DNA of 61,431 nucleotides, the filler included. It is 5 parts of 5 records of this genome, joined end to end, with 100 filler letters (N's around TTAATTAATTAA, not from the genome) between each part and the next. Parts side by side here need not be neighbours in the genome. Positions count along the whole stretch, not along the records: positions 33,073 to 55,036 come from SRR20825010_1390; 4 more parts are not named here. The stretch is one strand, 5' to 3'. Of the stretch, positions 35,995 through 46,585 are shown piece by piece. The stretch's first letter is position 1. Each line of letters begins with the position of its first letter. The position numbers and the translations under genes were made by a program. The notes beneath the pieces are model-generated. The model ran no database searches and was not told where the DNA came from. It saw only the letters and a program-made list of their open reading frames with translations.

Positions 35995-37044
35995 ATGGAT
36001 GCACCGTTTTCCGCCTCGTCAAAACCACGCGTTGACTGGGTCGACGCCGTTAAAGGCCTCACCATTATTCTAGTTGTGATGAAACACACAACCTATGGCA
36101 CCGAAGCCGCGTTGCACCACGTTCCTTATCTCTTCAACCTTCTATGCGAATGGACCATTCCGTTCCGCATGCCGCTCTTTTTCCTTGTTGCCGGACTATT
36201 CGCGCGCAAAACGCTTTTCGCTCCCTTGCCGACCTTCCTGGACAGCAAGATCTTGCACTTTGCCTATTTCTATCTTTTGTGGTCCTTCATCCAGATCGGT
36301 ATCAAGATTGTCATACCGCATGAAGCCATCTGGCATGTCACCTATATGGACATATTGATGATCCCGCTGGAGCCCTTCGGCCTCCTCTGGTTCATCTATG
36401 CGCTCGCGATCTTCTTCACCTTGATGCGCCTAACGCGCAATGTGCCGCCAGTGATCATGATCGCCTTTGCTCTCGGCCTCTATTTCACACGCCTCAATAC
36501 GGGCTGGACTCTGCCGGACGAGTTTGCCGATCGCTTCATCTTCTTTGTCTGCGGCACCTATGCATCGCCCTATATCTTCGCGATGACTTCATGGGCAGAA
36601 GGCAAACAGTGGCAAAGCGCGGCTGTTGGCTCGAGCCTGCTGGCGCTTGTCGCTGGCATGGTTTATCTCGGCATTGTGGACTGGCGCATTGCTGAACTCT
36701 TTGCAGGCGCAATTGGTGCTGCGGGCACAATCATACTCGTCGCGCTTCTGGCCGCCAACGGCTATGCCCGACCGCTGACCTTTGTCGGATCCAGATCACT
36801 CTATGTATTTTTAGCATTCTTCCTGCCAATGGCAGCGGCGCGCATATTGCTAATGAAATTCGGCGTAGTGAACGGCGACCTCATCACCCTGATATCGCTC
36901 TTCGCCGCTGTCGCCGGACCGCTAGTCGCCCACGAGATTTCGAAGCGTGTCGCCGCATTGCAATTCCTCTTCGAGCGTCCTGCCGCCTTCCGTCTCAGCA
37001 ACAAAACAACTGCGCCTAGAGAAACAATTGCAGCAACACCGTAA
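35995..37044 (+). CDS. Acyltransferase-3 family membrane protein, tandem paralog
   Basis: Same motifs, including the shared TGWTLPDEFA.RFIFFV. Confidence 0.9.
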   Translation: MDAPFSASSKPRVDWVDAVKGLTIILVVMKHTTYGTEAALHHVPYLFNLLCEWTIPFRMPLFFLVAGLFARKTLFAPLPTFLDSKILHFAYFYLLWSFIQIGIKIVIPHEAIWHVTYMDILMIPLEPFGLLWFIYALAIFFTLMRLTRNVPPVIMIAFALGLYFTRLNTGWTLPDEFADRFIFFVCGTYASPYIFAMTSWAEGKQWQSAAVGSSLLALVAGMVYLGIVDWRIAELFAGAIGAAGTIILVALLAANGYARPLTFVGSRSLYVFLAFFLPMAAARILLMKFGVVNGDLITLISLFAAVAGPLVAHEISKRVAALQFLFERPAAFRLSNKTTAPRETIAATP

Positions 37045-37957
37045 GAGTAATCAGGCTCAACCCCGTCGCCATCACAACGGCACTTGACGACGCGCCGGGG
37101 GCAGCCTGATAGCGGTTTGCCAGAATTGAAGAATAGACGCCTGTAGGGCTACCTGCCAAAACAGTTGCAACGGCGACCCAAAGTGGCTCGAGGCCGAACA
37201 CGAACTGAGCCAAAACAAAAACCAATACCGGATGCACGATGAGCTTGAAGAACACAGTCATCGAGGCCGCACCCACCGACCGGCGAATGTGAAAACGCGT
37301 CAACGTGCCGCCGAGCACAAAGAGCGCACAGGGAATGGCCGTCTGGCTCATCATCTCGAGGGTTTTGTCCACCATACCCGGCAAAGGCACACCCAACTGA
37401 CCGTAAATCACCCCTGCCCCCAGACCGATAATCACGGGGTTCTTGAGTGAGGATTTAAGTCCACTCCAAACGATCTGCCCGACACTTACAGGCGCACCGT
37501 CTTTGGCCTTTGCATACTCTAAAAGCAAACTCGCCAAGGTAATCAGGATCAACCCGTGAAAGGTCAGCAAAAGAAAGAGCGGAACGCTCGCCTCTTTGCC
37601 AAAGCCAGTCAGGATGATGGGAATGCCCAGCATCACCACATTGCCCTGCCCGCCGCCAAAGCCCAGCATGATGGAATCTGCAGGTGATCGACCGATCACA
37701 TATCGCGCGATCAGTGACCCAACGAACCAGATCGCCAGCATCGCGCCATAGTAGGAAAACCACAGCCCCCAAGGCAGAGAGGACGGCAATTCAGTGTGGG
37801 AAAGATTGCGGAACAGAAGCGAGGGAAGCGCGAAGGTAAAGACATAAACGTCAAACCCATCGATCGCAGAAGCGCTCATCAAACCGGATCGCGAGGCAAA
37901 ATAACCAAGCCCGATTACGCCGAAAATTGGCAGAACAAGGGAAAAGGCGATTTCCAT
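37016..37957 (-). CDS. AEC-family transporter
   Basis: LPIF..GY, FALP.LLF, GN...LGIP, KNP.I, KLIVHP; alternative ATG at 37969. Confidence 0.88.
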   Translation of the reverse strand: MEIAFSLVLPIFGVIGLGYFASRSGLMSASAIDGFDVYVFTFALPSLLFRNLSHTELPSSLPWGLWFSYYGAMLAIWFVGSLIARYVIGRSPADSIMLGFGGGQGNVVMLGIPIILTGFGKEASVPLFLLLTFHGLILITLASLLLEYAKAKDGAPVSVGQIVWSGLKSSLKNPVIIGLGAGVIYGQLGVPLPGMVDKTLEMMSQTAIPCALFVLGGTLTRFHIRRSVGAASMTVFFKLIVHPVLVFVLAQFVFGLEPLWVAVATVLAGSPTGVYSSILANRYQAAPGASSSAVVMATGLSLITLTVLLQLFL

Positions 37958-38047
37958 AAGAGCTTCCATCTAAGACTAGCGCTCTTATCGCCGCCGCATC
38001 AGATCAGGTCAAATGTTCTCGAGGAGCGATCAAGTTTCTTGGCGTAT

Positions 38048-38722
38048 TTACCAGTCATAAAGACCCGAGAAACGCGCAAATCCAGCCTTTTCAGCATATT
38101 GCGCCCACGCCGCACGCAGCTTGTTGGTTGCCGAAGGACTGCCACCCCCCTGCCCAAGACCAAGGATCAGCAATTCATCACAACCCTGATAAGCAGCATG
38201 CGCGGGTGCTGGCAATGTACCACCGCTCCGCGTCAGATGCGCATATTCGGAGTCTTCAAATCCGTCCGTCAGCAATACCACATGCACATCGCTCTCCGCG
38301 CAATCCACCACCTGAGACATTGTATCGAGAAAAGGCACGATATTGGTCTTACCCTGCGCGGTCAGCTTTCCTTCCGCCACCAGCTTGGGCACATTAGCAA
38401 TAATCTGCGCCATGCCCTGTGCCACGGCCTCAGGTCGTGCATGGGACGAAATCACCTGATCGATCTTCAATCCATTGGCGCTCGTGTCATAGCTGCCGAA
38501 GGTTCGCAACATGACACGGCTCTTGAGCGGCAAGGCAGCAATCTCTTTGGCAGCTCGCGCCGCAGCACGCGCTGCATAGGCCTTGTCCTTCACCAGCGGA
38601 TTGCTCTGCGAGAGATCAAGTCCGATCACATAGGTCTGGGGACGTGATGCAGCAAAGGCGCCTGCGGCAACCGTCAACGACAATGCAACAGCCAGCGCGG
38701 ATGTAACAAAAACCTTCATCAC
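38048..38722 (-). CDS. Exported vWA-like (MIDAS) hypothetical protein
   Basis: Signal peptide; VIGLDLSQS (DxSxS), KTNI, VLLTDGFE. Confidence 0.65.
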   Translation of the reverse strand: MMKVFVTSALAVALSLTVAAGAFAASRPQTYVIGLDLSQSNPLVKDKAYAARAAARAAKEIAALPLKSRVMLRTFGSYDTSANGLKIDQVISSHARPEAVAQGMAQIIANVPKLVAEGKLTAQGKTNIVPFLDTMSQVVDCAESDVHVVLLTDGFEDSEYAHLTRSGGTLPAPAHAAYQGCDELLILGLGQGGGSPSATNKLRAAWAQYAEKAGFARFSGLYDW

Positions 38723-39816
38723 TATTCGGCCGCGCGTTCGATGACGATCCGGCGATGCTGTGTCACCACAGGCGGCATTAACTCGGCTCTTGGCTCGCGT
38801 ATTCCGCTAAAGGCAGTGGGACCAGCCTTCATCGCATTGCGCGAACGACGTTCCCACCAGTCATCGAAAAGCTGTTCATAGCGCTTAATATCGCGAGACC
38901 CTTCACAAGCCTTCAGCCGGTCAGTGCCCGAGTGATCGGCCACGGCAACATCACGCCGACCTAACCGCTTGGGAGCAAGCGCAGGCTTCTTCAGCGCATT
39001 GCGCGCTTCATCAAGCCCCAACTCATAGGCACGGCATTCACGCATCAAACCTGTCCATAGAAGATGACGTCGGTTTTCCGCACCCTCCATTTCTGAGAGC
39101 TTATGACGGTTCTGGTCATACTCTTCTTCAAGCGCAGCAAGCTTTGCCATATCGCGACGACGATGGGAAAAGTCACGTGCAAGAAAAATACGGCGCAACG
39201 AATTTGCTGCAAAATGAATGCAAAGCGCAGCGACACCCGTCACCACAAGAAAAACAAGTCCTAGCGAACCGAGCCAGAGTACCGGCTGCCACTGGCGCAC
39301 GGCATCCATTTCGGCGGACGCCGCAGATGCGCTTTCGCTTACAGGTGCAGCAATGCCGAGACCACTCAACGCGGAACCTAGACTGTCTCCAACTCCACCA
39401 CCGCCTGTCGCGGCCATACCATTGGGAAGCGACATAGTGGCGAGCAGGAAACCCACACCCAGCAACATCACAAGCGCCAGCACAAAGACAAGGCGCACAA
39501 ACAATCCGCGCCCGAAACGTCCCATATTTTCAAACAAGATATGGGCAGCAATCGTCGCAAAAAGAACCTGCATCGATTTGAATGCAACAGAAGAAGCAAG
39601 CGTGCCGGGCAATTCCAGAAACTCATTTGCCAGCGCACGCGTCCAGAACTCGCTGACAATCATATAGTCAACCAACACAGCGCCAGCCGAAACGGCAGCG
39701 AATGTCAGGAAGGTACCAAAGTGGAAAAGAGCAAACCGCGCTTCGCGTTCGCTGGCCACATAATTCTTGGCCATTTCAGCGCGCACCGCTTCAGGGATCA
39801 ATCCGGTCTGTGCCAT
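38722..39816 (-). CDS. Hypothetical multi-pass membrane protein with cytoplasmic coiled coil
   Basis: About 4 hydrophobic helices, Gly-rich loop, charged helical C-terminus; stop overlaps the next start. Confidence 0.7.
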   Translation of the reverse strand: MAQTGLIPEAVRAEMAKNYVASEREARFALFHFGTFLTFAAVSAGAVLVDYMIVSEFWTRALANEFLELPGTLASSVAFKSMQVLFATIAAHILFENMGRFGRGLFVRLVFVLALVMLLGVGFLLATMSLPNGMAATGGGGVGDSLGSALSGLGIAAPVSESASAASAEMDAVRQWQPVLWLGSLGLVFLVVTGVAALCIHFAANSLRRIFLARDFSHRRRDMAKLAALEEEYDQNRHKLSEMEGAENRRHLLWTGLMRECRAYELGLDEARNALKKPALAPKRLGRRDVAVADHSGTDRLKACEGSRDIKRYEQLFDDWWERRSRNAMKAGPTAFSGIREPRAELMPPVVTQHRRIVIERAAE

Positions 39817-39819
39817 GGG

Positions 39820-40113
39820 TCAGGCCTCCCGCGATGAGGATTTGGATTTGCCGCGCCCAAACCAGCTGCGGCCCTTGTCGCTTGTCACAGGCGTGGCACC
39901 TTCCAGCGGTGCCATCAACCGTTTGGCAAGCTCGGCGACATCACGTTCGATTGTTTCCTGTCGCGCCCGCGCCCGTGCCAATTCCTCCGCATAAGCCTCG
40001 TCCATTTCCGACAGGCGGGAAAACACATGAAGGTCCGGGAGCGGCTCCGCAGCGCGCCCATAGGCCCGTGCATCATGTCCATCTGTACGCATACGCTCAC
40101 TGACGTCTCGCAT
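39820..40113 (-). CDS. Hypothetical small protein
   Basis: ATG with G-rich RBS; stop 3 nt before the next ATG. Confidence 0.55.
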   Translation of the reverse strand: MRDVSERMRTDGHDARAYGRAAEPLPDLHVFSRLSEMDEAYAEELARARARQETIERDVAELAKRLMAPLEGATPVTSDKGRSWFGRGKSKSSSREA

Positions 40114-40307
40114 GGCCTAAGCCCCCGTTTGGTTAATGCAATTTAACCCTACCTCAAAAATTCCGTTTTCAAGAACATCTTGTGCGCTGCCGCATAATGA
40201 AAATTACTGCCAGCACCGCACTTAGATGCCCTCTCACCGTTTCATGGTGGGACGCATTTAAGGCGAAAGCATTATGGGAATATGGCAAGAATGGGGCGTG
40301 TTAAATC

Positions 40308-42275
40308 TCAAGCGGCCTTGTCACCGGGATCAACGAGACGCACCACATCCATCATGATGTCAGTGATCTGGAAATCCTTGGGCGTATAAACGGCGGAAAC
40401 ACCAGCCGCTTTGAGCCTATCGGCATCTTCCGGCGGTATAATGCCGCCCACCACGACAGGGATGGAAACACCCGCTTCCTTCAATCGCGCCATCACATCG
40501 GCCACCAGAGCAACATGGCTACCCGAAAGGATCGAAAGCCCCAGCACATGCACATTGCCATTGATGGCAGCATCGACAATTTCGGCAGGTGTCAGGCGGA
40601 TACCCTCATAGACAACATCCATGCCGCTATCACGCGCGCGCACAGCAATTTGCTCAGCACCGTTTGAGTGACCGTCAAGACCGGGCTTGCCGACCAGAAA
40701 CTTCAGACGACGGCCTAGCTTCACAGAAACGGCATTGACCATCTCGCGCACATCATCCAGTTCGGGTGCATTGGAACGAGCATCGCTTTTGACGCCGGTC
40801 GGCGCACGATATTCGCCGAAAATATTTCGTAGTGCCTGCCCCCACTCGCCGGTCGTTACACCAGCTTTGGCACAAGCGATGGATGGCTCCATGATATTGC
40901 GACCACTTTTGGCTGCAGCACGCAAATCGGCCAGCGCGACTTCTGCCGCCGCATTGTCGCGCGTTGTACGCCATTCAACCAGACGCGCAATCTGGCCTTC
41001 CTCGACACCTTCTTCGGCCACCATGATCGAGCCCTCACCTGTGGTAAGAGGCGAAGGTGCCGTCTCGATATATTTATTCACACCAATGACAGACTGCTCA
41101 CCTGCTTCGATTGCCTGAAGTCGCGACGAGTTCGAAGCAACAAGCTGCTCTTTCATATAGGCGCTTTCGACAGCGGCAATCGCCCCGCCCATTTCCTCGA
41201 TCCGCTTCAACTCTTCACGCGCTTCCGTCTTAAGCGCTTCCACTTTGGCATCCATCACATGGCTGCCATCGAAAATATCTTCGTATTGCAGAAGGTCGGT
41301 TTCGAAGGCGACGATCTGTTGGGCACGAAGCGACCATTGCTGATCCCAAGGCCGCGGCAAACCCAAAGCCTCGTTCCATGCCGGCAGCTGCACAGCACGC
41401 GCTCGCGCTTTCTTGGAAAGCGTCACGGCCAGCATTTCGATCAAGATGCGATAGACGTTGTTTTCAGGTTGCTGCTCGGTGAGACCCAGCGAATTCACCT
41501 GCACACCATAACGGAAGCGACGCAGCTTCTCGTCGGTGACACCATAGCGCTCGCGGCAGATCTCATCCCAGAGATCCACAAAGGCGCGCATCTTCGCAAT
41601 TTCGGTGATGAAGCGCACCCCAGCGTTTACAAAGAACGAAATACGCCCCACAACTTTCGAGAAGTCTTCCGGCGGAACCTGCCCGCCATCTCTCACATGA
41701 TCAAGCAGCGCAATGGCATTGGCCAGCGCAAAGGCCAGTTCCTGCACCGGCGTCGCGCCCGCTTCCTGCAAATGATAGGAGCAGACATTGGTCGGATTCC
41801 ACTTTGGCACTTCTGTGTAAGTATAGGACACAATGTCCGTCAGCAGACGCATGGACGGCTCAGGCGGAAACACGTAAGTCCCGCGTGAGAGATATTCCTT
41901 GATAATGTCGTTCTGCACTGTGCCTTGCAGCTTGTTGCGGGGCACACCCTGCTCATCCGCGACTGCCACATAGAGCGCCAGCAGCCAAGCCGCCGTCGCA
42001 TTGATCGTCATAGAGGTATTCATCTGGTCGAGCGGCAACTGGTCAAACAGGGCCCGCATGTCACCAATATGGCTGACCGGCACCCCCACCTTGCCCACCT
42101 CACCTTTTGCCAGCACATGATCGCTGTCATAGCCCGTCTGAGTTGGCAGGTCGAAAGCCACCGAGAGGCCGGTCTGGCCGCGTGCAAGGTTGGTCCGATA
42201 AAGCTCGTTTGAGGCTTTGGCGGTGGAATGGCCCGCATAAGTGCGGAAAATCCAGGGTTTGTCGGTCTTGGTCAT
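40308..42275 (-). CDS. ecm: Ethylmalonyl-CoA mutase (MeaA/Ecm), B12-dependent
   Basis: PWIFRTYAGHS, GLSVAFDLPTQTGYD, GKPGLDGHSNGAEQ; divergent from ccr. Confidence 0.95.
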   Translation of the reverse strand: MTKTDKPWIFRTYAGHSTAKASNELYRTNLARGQTGLSVAFDLPTQTGYDSDHVLAKGEVGKVGVPVSHIGDMRALFDQLPLDQMNTSMTINATAAWLLALYVAVADEQGVPRNKLQGTVQNDIIKEYLSRGTYVFPPEPSMRLLTDIVSYTYTEVPKWNPTNVCSYHLQEAGATPVQELAFALANAIALLDHVRDGGQVPPEDFSKVVGRISFFVNAGVRFITEIAKMRAFVDLWDEICRERYGVTDEKLRRFRYGVQVNSLGLTEQQPENNVYRILIEMLAVTLSKKARARAVQLPAWNEALGLPRPWDQQWSLRAQQIVAFETDLLQYEDIFDGSHVMDAKVEALKTEAREELKRIEEMGGAIAAVESAYMKEQLVASNSSRLQAIEAGEQSVIGVNKYIETAPSPLTTGEGSIMVAEEGVEEGQIARLVEWRTTRDNAAAEVALADLRAAAKSGRNIMEPSIACAKAGVTTGEWGQALRNIFGEYRAPTGVKSDARSNAPELDDVREMVNAVSVKLGRRLKFLVGKPGLDGHSNGAEQIAVRARDSGMDVVYEGIRLTPAEIVDAAINGNVHVLGLSILSGSHVALVADVMARLKEAGVSIPVVVGGIIPPEDADRLKAAGVSAVYTPKDFQITDIMMDVVRLVDPGDKAA

Positions 42276-42602
42276 CGTCAAAACACGCTTCTTCAGGCTC
42301 ATACGCTGCGGAAATTGGCTCTCTCAGCGATTATCACAGCCTTTATTGCGGTGCAAAAGAACAAATCAACGGTTATTGGGACAGGCCGCGGCAATCGACC
42401 AAATGCTGCAATGCAAAATTCCCTTGCGTCAGCCTGCCCTCCCGAACATGATCCCGCCAAAGGTCGGGAAAATCTGGTAGAACCGATCATCGCATCAATG
42501 ACGAGGCAACAAGGATCGCGACCCCTTAGGCCGCGGCCCCTTTTCGCCTTTTGCAGAATAAATCCCCGCGCTGATCCTTATGTCGGGGGCAGGATGAAGA
42601 GC

Positions 42603-43898
42603 ATGGCTAAGAATGAAACGGCAACGGCCCCCAAAAGCGCGGATGGCGCCCCTCTGAAAGACCTCTACGAGGTTGGCGAAATCCCCCCGCTCGGCCACGT
42701 GCCAGCCAATATGTATGCCTGGGCAATCCGGCGCGACCGTCAGGGACCGCCCGAGCAAGCCATGCAGGTCGAAGTCGTGCCCACATGGGAACTCGACAGT
42801 CAGGATGTGCTCGTTCTCGTGATGGCCGCTGGCGTCAATTACAATGGTGTTTGGGCCTCTTTGGGCACACCCGTTTCAGTCTTTGACGTTCATACGGTGC
42901 CTTATCACATTGCCGGTTCCGACGCGTCGGGCATCGTCTATGCCGTGGGCTCCAAAGTCACCCGCTGGAAAGTCGGCGACGAAGTTGTCATCCATTGCAA
43001 TCAGGATGACCATGACGACGAAGAAACCAATGGGGGCGATCCGATGTTTTCGCCAACCCAGCGTATCTGGGGCTATGAGACACCTGATGGCTCCTTTGCC
43101 CAGTTCGCCCGCGTTCAGAGCCAGCAACTCATGTCCCGCCCGCGCCACCTGACATGGGAAGAAAGCGCCTGTTACACACTGACACTCGCCACGGCATATC
43201 GCATGTTATTCGGCCATCGCCCGCACGTCTTGCAGCCCGGCCAGAACGTGCTGGTCTGGGGCGCATCCGGCGGCCTTGGTTCTTTCGCAGTCCAGCTTTG
43301 TGCGACAGCGGGTGCAAATGCCATTGGCGTCATCTCCGATGAAAGCAAACGCGACTATGTGTTGTCGTTAGGGGCCAAGGGCGTCATCAACCGCAAGGAT
43401 TTCAATTGCTGGGGGCAGTTGCCCACAGTGAACTCAGCCGAGTTCAATGCCTTCATGAAAGAAGCCCGTAAATTTGGCAAAGCGATCTGGGACATCACAG
43501 GCAAGGGCATTGACCCTGACATCGTGTTCGAACATCCCGGCGAAGCGACGTTCCCCGTCTCTTGCATGGTTGCAAAGCGCGGTGGCATGATTGTTTTCTG
43601 CGCGGGCACAACAGGCTTCAATATCACATTCGATGCCCGTTTCGTCTGGATGCGCCAAAAGCGTATTCAGGGTTCGCATTTTGCGCATCTCAAACAGGCT
43701 TCCTCCGCCAACCAGCTCGTCATCGATCGCCGCATCGATCCGGGACTGTCGGAAGTCTTCGCATGGAATGACATTCCGCTGGCTCACATGAAAATGTGGC
43801 GCAACGAACACCTGCCCGGCAACATGGCCGTTCTGGTTTCAGCAGCCCGCCCCGGACTGCGCACGGTTGAAGATGCCATTGAGGCTGGCGCCCGCTAA
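42603..43898 (+). CDS. ccr: Crotonyl-CoA carboxylase/reductase
   Basis: KDLYE.GEIPPLGHVP, MAAGVNYNG, IWGYETPDGSFAQF, WMRQKRIQGSHFA; alternative ATG at 42594. Confidence 0.96.
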   Translation: MAKNETATAPKSADGAPLKDLYEVGEIPPLGHVPANMYAWAIRRDRQGPPEQAMQVEVVPTWELDSQDVLVLVMAAGVNYNGVWASLGTPVSVFDVHTVPYHIAGSDASGIVYAVGSKVTRWKVGDEVVIHCNQDDHDDEETNGGDPMFSPTQRIWGYETPDGSFAQFARVQSQQLMSRPRHLTWEESACYTLTLATAYRMLFGHRPHVLQPGQNVLVWGASGGLGSFAVQLCATAGANAIGVISDESKRDYVLSLGAKGVINRKDFNCWGQLPTVNSAEFNAFMKEARKFGKAIWDITGKGIDPDIVFEHPGEATFPVSCMVAKRGGMIVFCAGTTGFNITFDARFVWMRQKRIQGSHFAHLKQASSANQLVIDRRIDPGLSEVFAWNDIPLAHMKMWRNEHLPGNMAVLVSAARPGLRTVEDAIEAGAR

Positions 43899-43922
43899 AT
43901 CCAGCCGATCAACAAAAACAAC

Positions 43923-43956
43923 GCCTTCGGCATTTCACAATGCCGGAGGCTTTTTT
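43923..43956 (+). terminator. Intrinsic terminator of ccr
   Basis: GCCTTCGGCATT-TCAC-AATGCCGGAGGC-TTTTTT. Confidence 0.8.
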
Positions 43957-45190
43957 ATGCCGCCGCAGGTAATCCATATAAGGCCGCGCCGAGAGAGACA
44001 AAAGCAAGAATAGAAAACCAGGTCGCCTTGAAGCCCCTATACGGCAAATCGGGCTTAGCAAGTGCGACCAGCACGGCCACCAAACACTGCAAAGCATAGT
44101 AGAAGGCGAATGCACGGCTTGCGAGTGCTATGATGTCGAAGACGCTGCCTGTCCAGACAATCAGGACGGCAATGCCCGCAAGCACAGGATAGAAGGTCTT
44201 CAATGGAATACGTCGCTGCGCTGCCTGATGCATCAGCCCCGCACCTCCGATAGCATCTGCGACAGAGGCCGAAAACTGCGAGGCAATTGCTGCGGCTGTA
44301 AGCAGCAATGGCAAGATGATCGCTATCACACCCACCATATCCACAATCGCCGCCACCTCGCCGCCCGCAAAATGTGCCCGGAACATCACAGTGGCCAGCG
44401 CAAAAAACACGAGATAGATGGCGCCCGATAGTATCTGCGCATCCCGCATCGTGCGTACGCGCTGGTCCGGAGGATATTGGCCAGCGAGAAATCGGGAGGT
44501 CTCGAACCCCTGCACCACAATCACAAATCCCAACAAGGCCCGGAATGTCTCTACATCGAAGTGGCCAGGCAATGCATTGAGCGCCCACGCGCCATGCGCA
44601 AATAGCGAAACATTGTGCCCGGCTAACGCAAACAGAATAGCGACAATAACAGCAAGCTTGAAACCAACCGCGTATTCTTCGATACGCTCAAGCCCCTTCA
44701 ATCCCCGAAAAAAGCCAAAAGTACCAATAAAGATCAAAAACCCGGTGGTCGTGGCACGCGCAATCCAAGGATCACTTTGCCCCAACCCCTTCAACAAAAA
44801 TAACGAGAGCAACGAGAGATAGTAAGCGACAGAAATGAAATAAGCACAGGCCAGCGCAAGTTGCGACAAACGTTCGGCCAGCAAAACCATCCTCGCCGAA
44901 GGCCGCGCAGCATGTCCTTCAAAAATCGGCTCGCCGAAAAGAATATTGAAGCGGATCGCGCCACCAACCCAGAAGGCATAAAGAACCAACCCCGCCATTG
45001 CGAATATCGCCGCATTGCCCACAGCATTGGAGAGCAGGGGAACGGAAACAAGAAATCCGGAGCCGATAATAGAGGCCAGCGGCGTAACCGTCGCCCGCCA
45101 GCGCGAACTCTCAAGAAGTTTTCTGGAGAGAAAGAACCATAGTGCGAGAGCGACAATGACCGCCAGAACAACATTGATGGCAACTGTCAC
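43955..45190 (-). CDS. Uncharacterised APC-fold-like membrane transporter
   Basis: TPLASIIGSGF, VQGFETSR, SQFSA; about 12 TM helices. Confidence 0.7.
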   Translation of the reverse strand: MTVAINVVLAVIVALALWFFLSRKLLESSRWRATVTPLASIIGSGFLVSVPLLSNAVGNAAIFAMAGLVLYAFWVGGAIRFNILFGEPIFEGHAARPSARMVLLAERLSQLALACAYFISVAYYLSLLSLFLLKGLGQSDPWIARATTTGFLIFIGTFGFFRGLKGLERIEEYAVGFKLAVIVAILFALAGHNVSLFAHGAWALNALPGHFDVETFRALLGFVIVVQGFETSRFLAGQYPPDQRVRTMRDAQILSGAIYLVFFALATVMFRAHFAGGEVAAIVDMVGVIAIILPLLLTAAAIASQFSASVADAIGGAGLMHQAAQRRIPLKTFYPVLAGIAVLIVWTGSVFDIIALASRAFAFYYALQCLVAVLVALAKPDLPYRGFKATWFSILAFVSLGAALYGLPAAA

Positions 45191-45218
45191 AACTACGCGC
45201 TCCTCAGGCGGAACCTTA

Positions 45219-46007
45219 CTACCAGAAAGCTACTACGCCTTCATAACTTACATACACACCAACAAATATTACAATAGTCGCAAACACATAGGTCAGCATC
45301 TGCTTACGTGCGGCCAGCTTACGCGACAACACGGATCCGCCAAACGCTCCAACAACCCCACCAGCCAATAACAACATGGCAAGATGCCAGTTCACCAACC
45401 CGGATTGGGCGTAGCTAAAAGCTGTCGCAGCGCCAAATGCGGCAACAGAAATCAATGAAGACCCGACCGCATAAAGGATCGGCATATTGGTAGCGCCTAT
45501 GAGGCCTGGCACAATCAGAAATCCGCCACCAATTCCAAAAAAGCCGGACAAAGATCCGACACCTAATCCCGCACCAACAAGCGACGGCATAAGCCGACGC
45601 GCCGATGAAGAATCAAGATGCACATCAGGATCGCCGCCATCTGACTTTTTTCGCAGCATTGTAAGACCGACTACAACCATGACTCCGCCAAAAAGAGCGA
45701 GCAACAACTGACCATCGACAGCTTTGCCGAACCGCGCACCGAGAAACGCACCTGCCACGCCCGAAATAGCAAAAACAATTGCACACGGCCACTTAACCGT
45801 GTGGGCACGTGCATGGAAAAGCGCGCCCATGGCTGCATTTACAGATACAGCCACTGCGCTCGTACCAATCGCAATATGTGTCGAATTCACGCCAACTGCA
45901 TAAAGCAGCAAAGGCACGGCAAGAATAGACCCGCCGCCGCCAATCAAGCCGAGGGTGAGGCCGATAAGTCCGCCGGAAAGCAATGCTGCGACATCTGCTA
46001 AGGACAT
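45219..46007 (-). CDS. TauE/SafE sulfite exporter
   Basis: GLIGGGGSILAVP, GFFGIGGGFLIVP. Confidence 0.92.
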   Translation of the reverse strand: MSLADVAALLSGGLIGLTLGLIGGGGSILAVPLLLYAVGVNSTHIAIGTSAVAVSVNAAMGALFHARAHTVKWPCAIVFAISGVAGAFLGARFGKAVDGQLLLALFGGVMVVVGLTMLRKKSDGGDPDVHLDSSSARRLMPSLVGAGLGVGSLSGFFGIGGGFLIVPGLIGATNMPILYAVGSSLISVAAFGAATAFSYAQSGLVNWHLAMLLLAGGVVGAFGGSVLSRKLAARKQMLTYVFATIVIFVGVYVSYEGVVAFW

Positions 46008-46017
46008 TGCCTTGACC

Positions 46018-46530
46018 TTAATTTAGCGCGCGACGATTCCAAGGCATAAAACCCAGGAGCTTCGCCATTGCACATGTACCCGACACACCTGCGAAGACAA
46101 GCCCTGCGCCAACGAAGCCAGCAAGTGCATAAAAGCCGGGATTAACAATGAACCCGAGCGCGACGCCGAGCACTACAAGCGACCCCGCGGTGATCTGGAC
46201 CTGACGCATCATCTCCATTGGCTGAGAACGATCCGCCACAACGTTGAGACCGGCAGCCTTCCAACCCTCAATCCCACCCTTCAAAATATAGGCTTCACAC
46301 TGTTCCACCGGCAGCTTCTCTGCATTAGCCTCTGTGCGCATACCAGACTTGCAATGATAGATCACAATCTCGCCGGGCTTATGTGGCGCGGCCTTTCCGA
46401 GCTGCGACAAAGGTGCGTTGCGAGCACCAGCAATATGTTCACGCGCAAATTCATCCGGCTCTCGAATATCAACGATCAGAGCACCACGATCTTTCAGGAT
46501 TTTCGCCTCTTGCGGCGTCAGGTTTTTCAT
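46018..46530 (-). CDS. Rhodanese-DUF2892 fusion (YgaP-like)
   Basis: DIRE.DEF..EHI.GA, HCKSGMRT, RQVQI.AG, SGTC.MA.LL..MPWN. Confidence 0.9.
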   Translation of the reverse strand: MKNLTPQEAKILKDRGALIVDIREPDEFAREHIAGARNAPLSQLGKAAPHKPGEIVIYHCKSGMRTEANAEKLPVEQCEAYILKGGIEGWKAAGLNVVADRSQPMEMMRQVQITAGSLVVLGVALGFIVNPGFYALAGFVGAGLVFAGVSGTCAMAKLLGFMPWNRRALN

Positions 46531-46585
46531 TCTGGTTATTCCTTTATTTGATTCATCGCTTTCCGTCTTGCATTCCACCGACGGA

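Noticed and set aside
40131-40148. CtrA box
   Set aside because: Spacing is TTAA-N6-TTAA rather than the canonical N7; kept only as an unassigned palindrome
42228-42593. Long N-terminal extension of Ccr
   Set aside because: Overlaps the divergent ecm start and promoter; Ccr similarity begins near 42603
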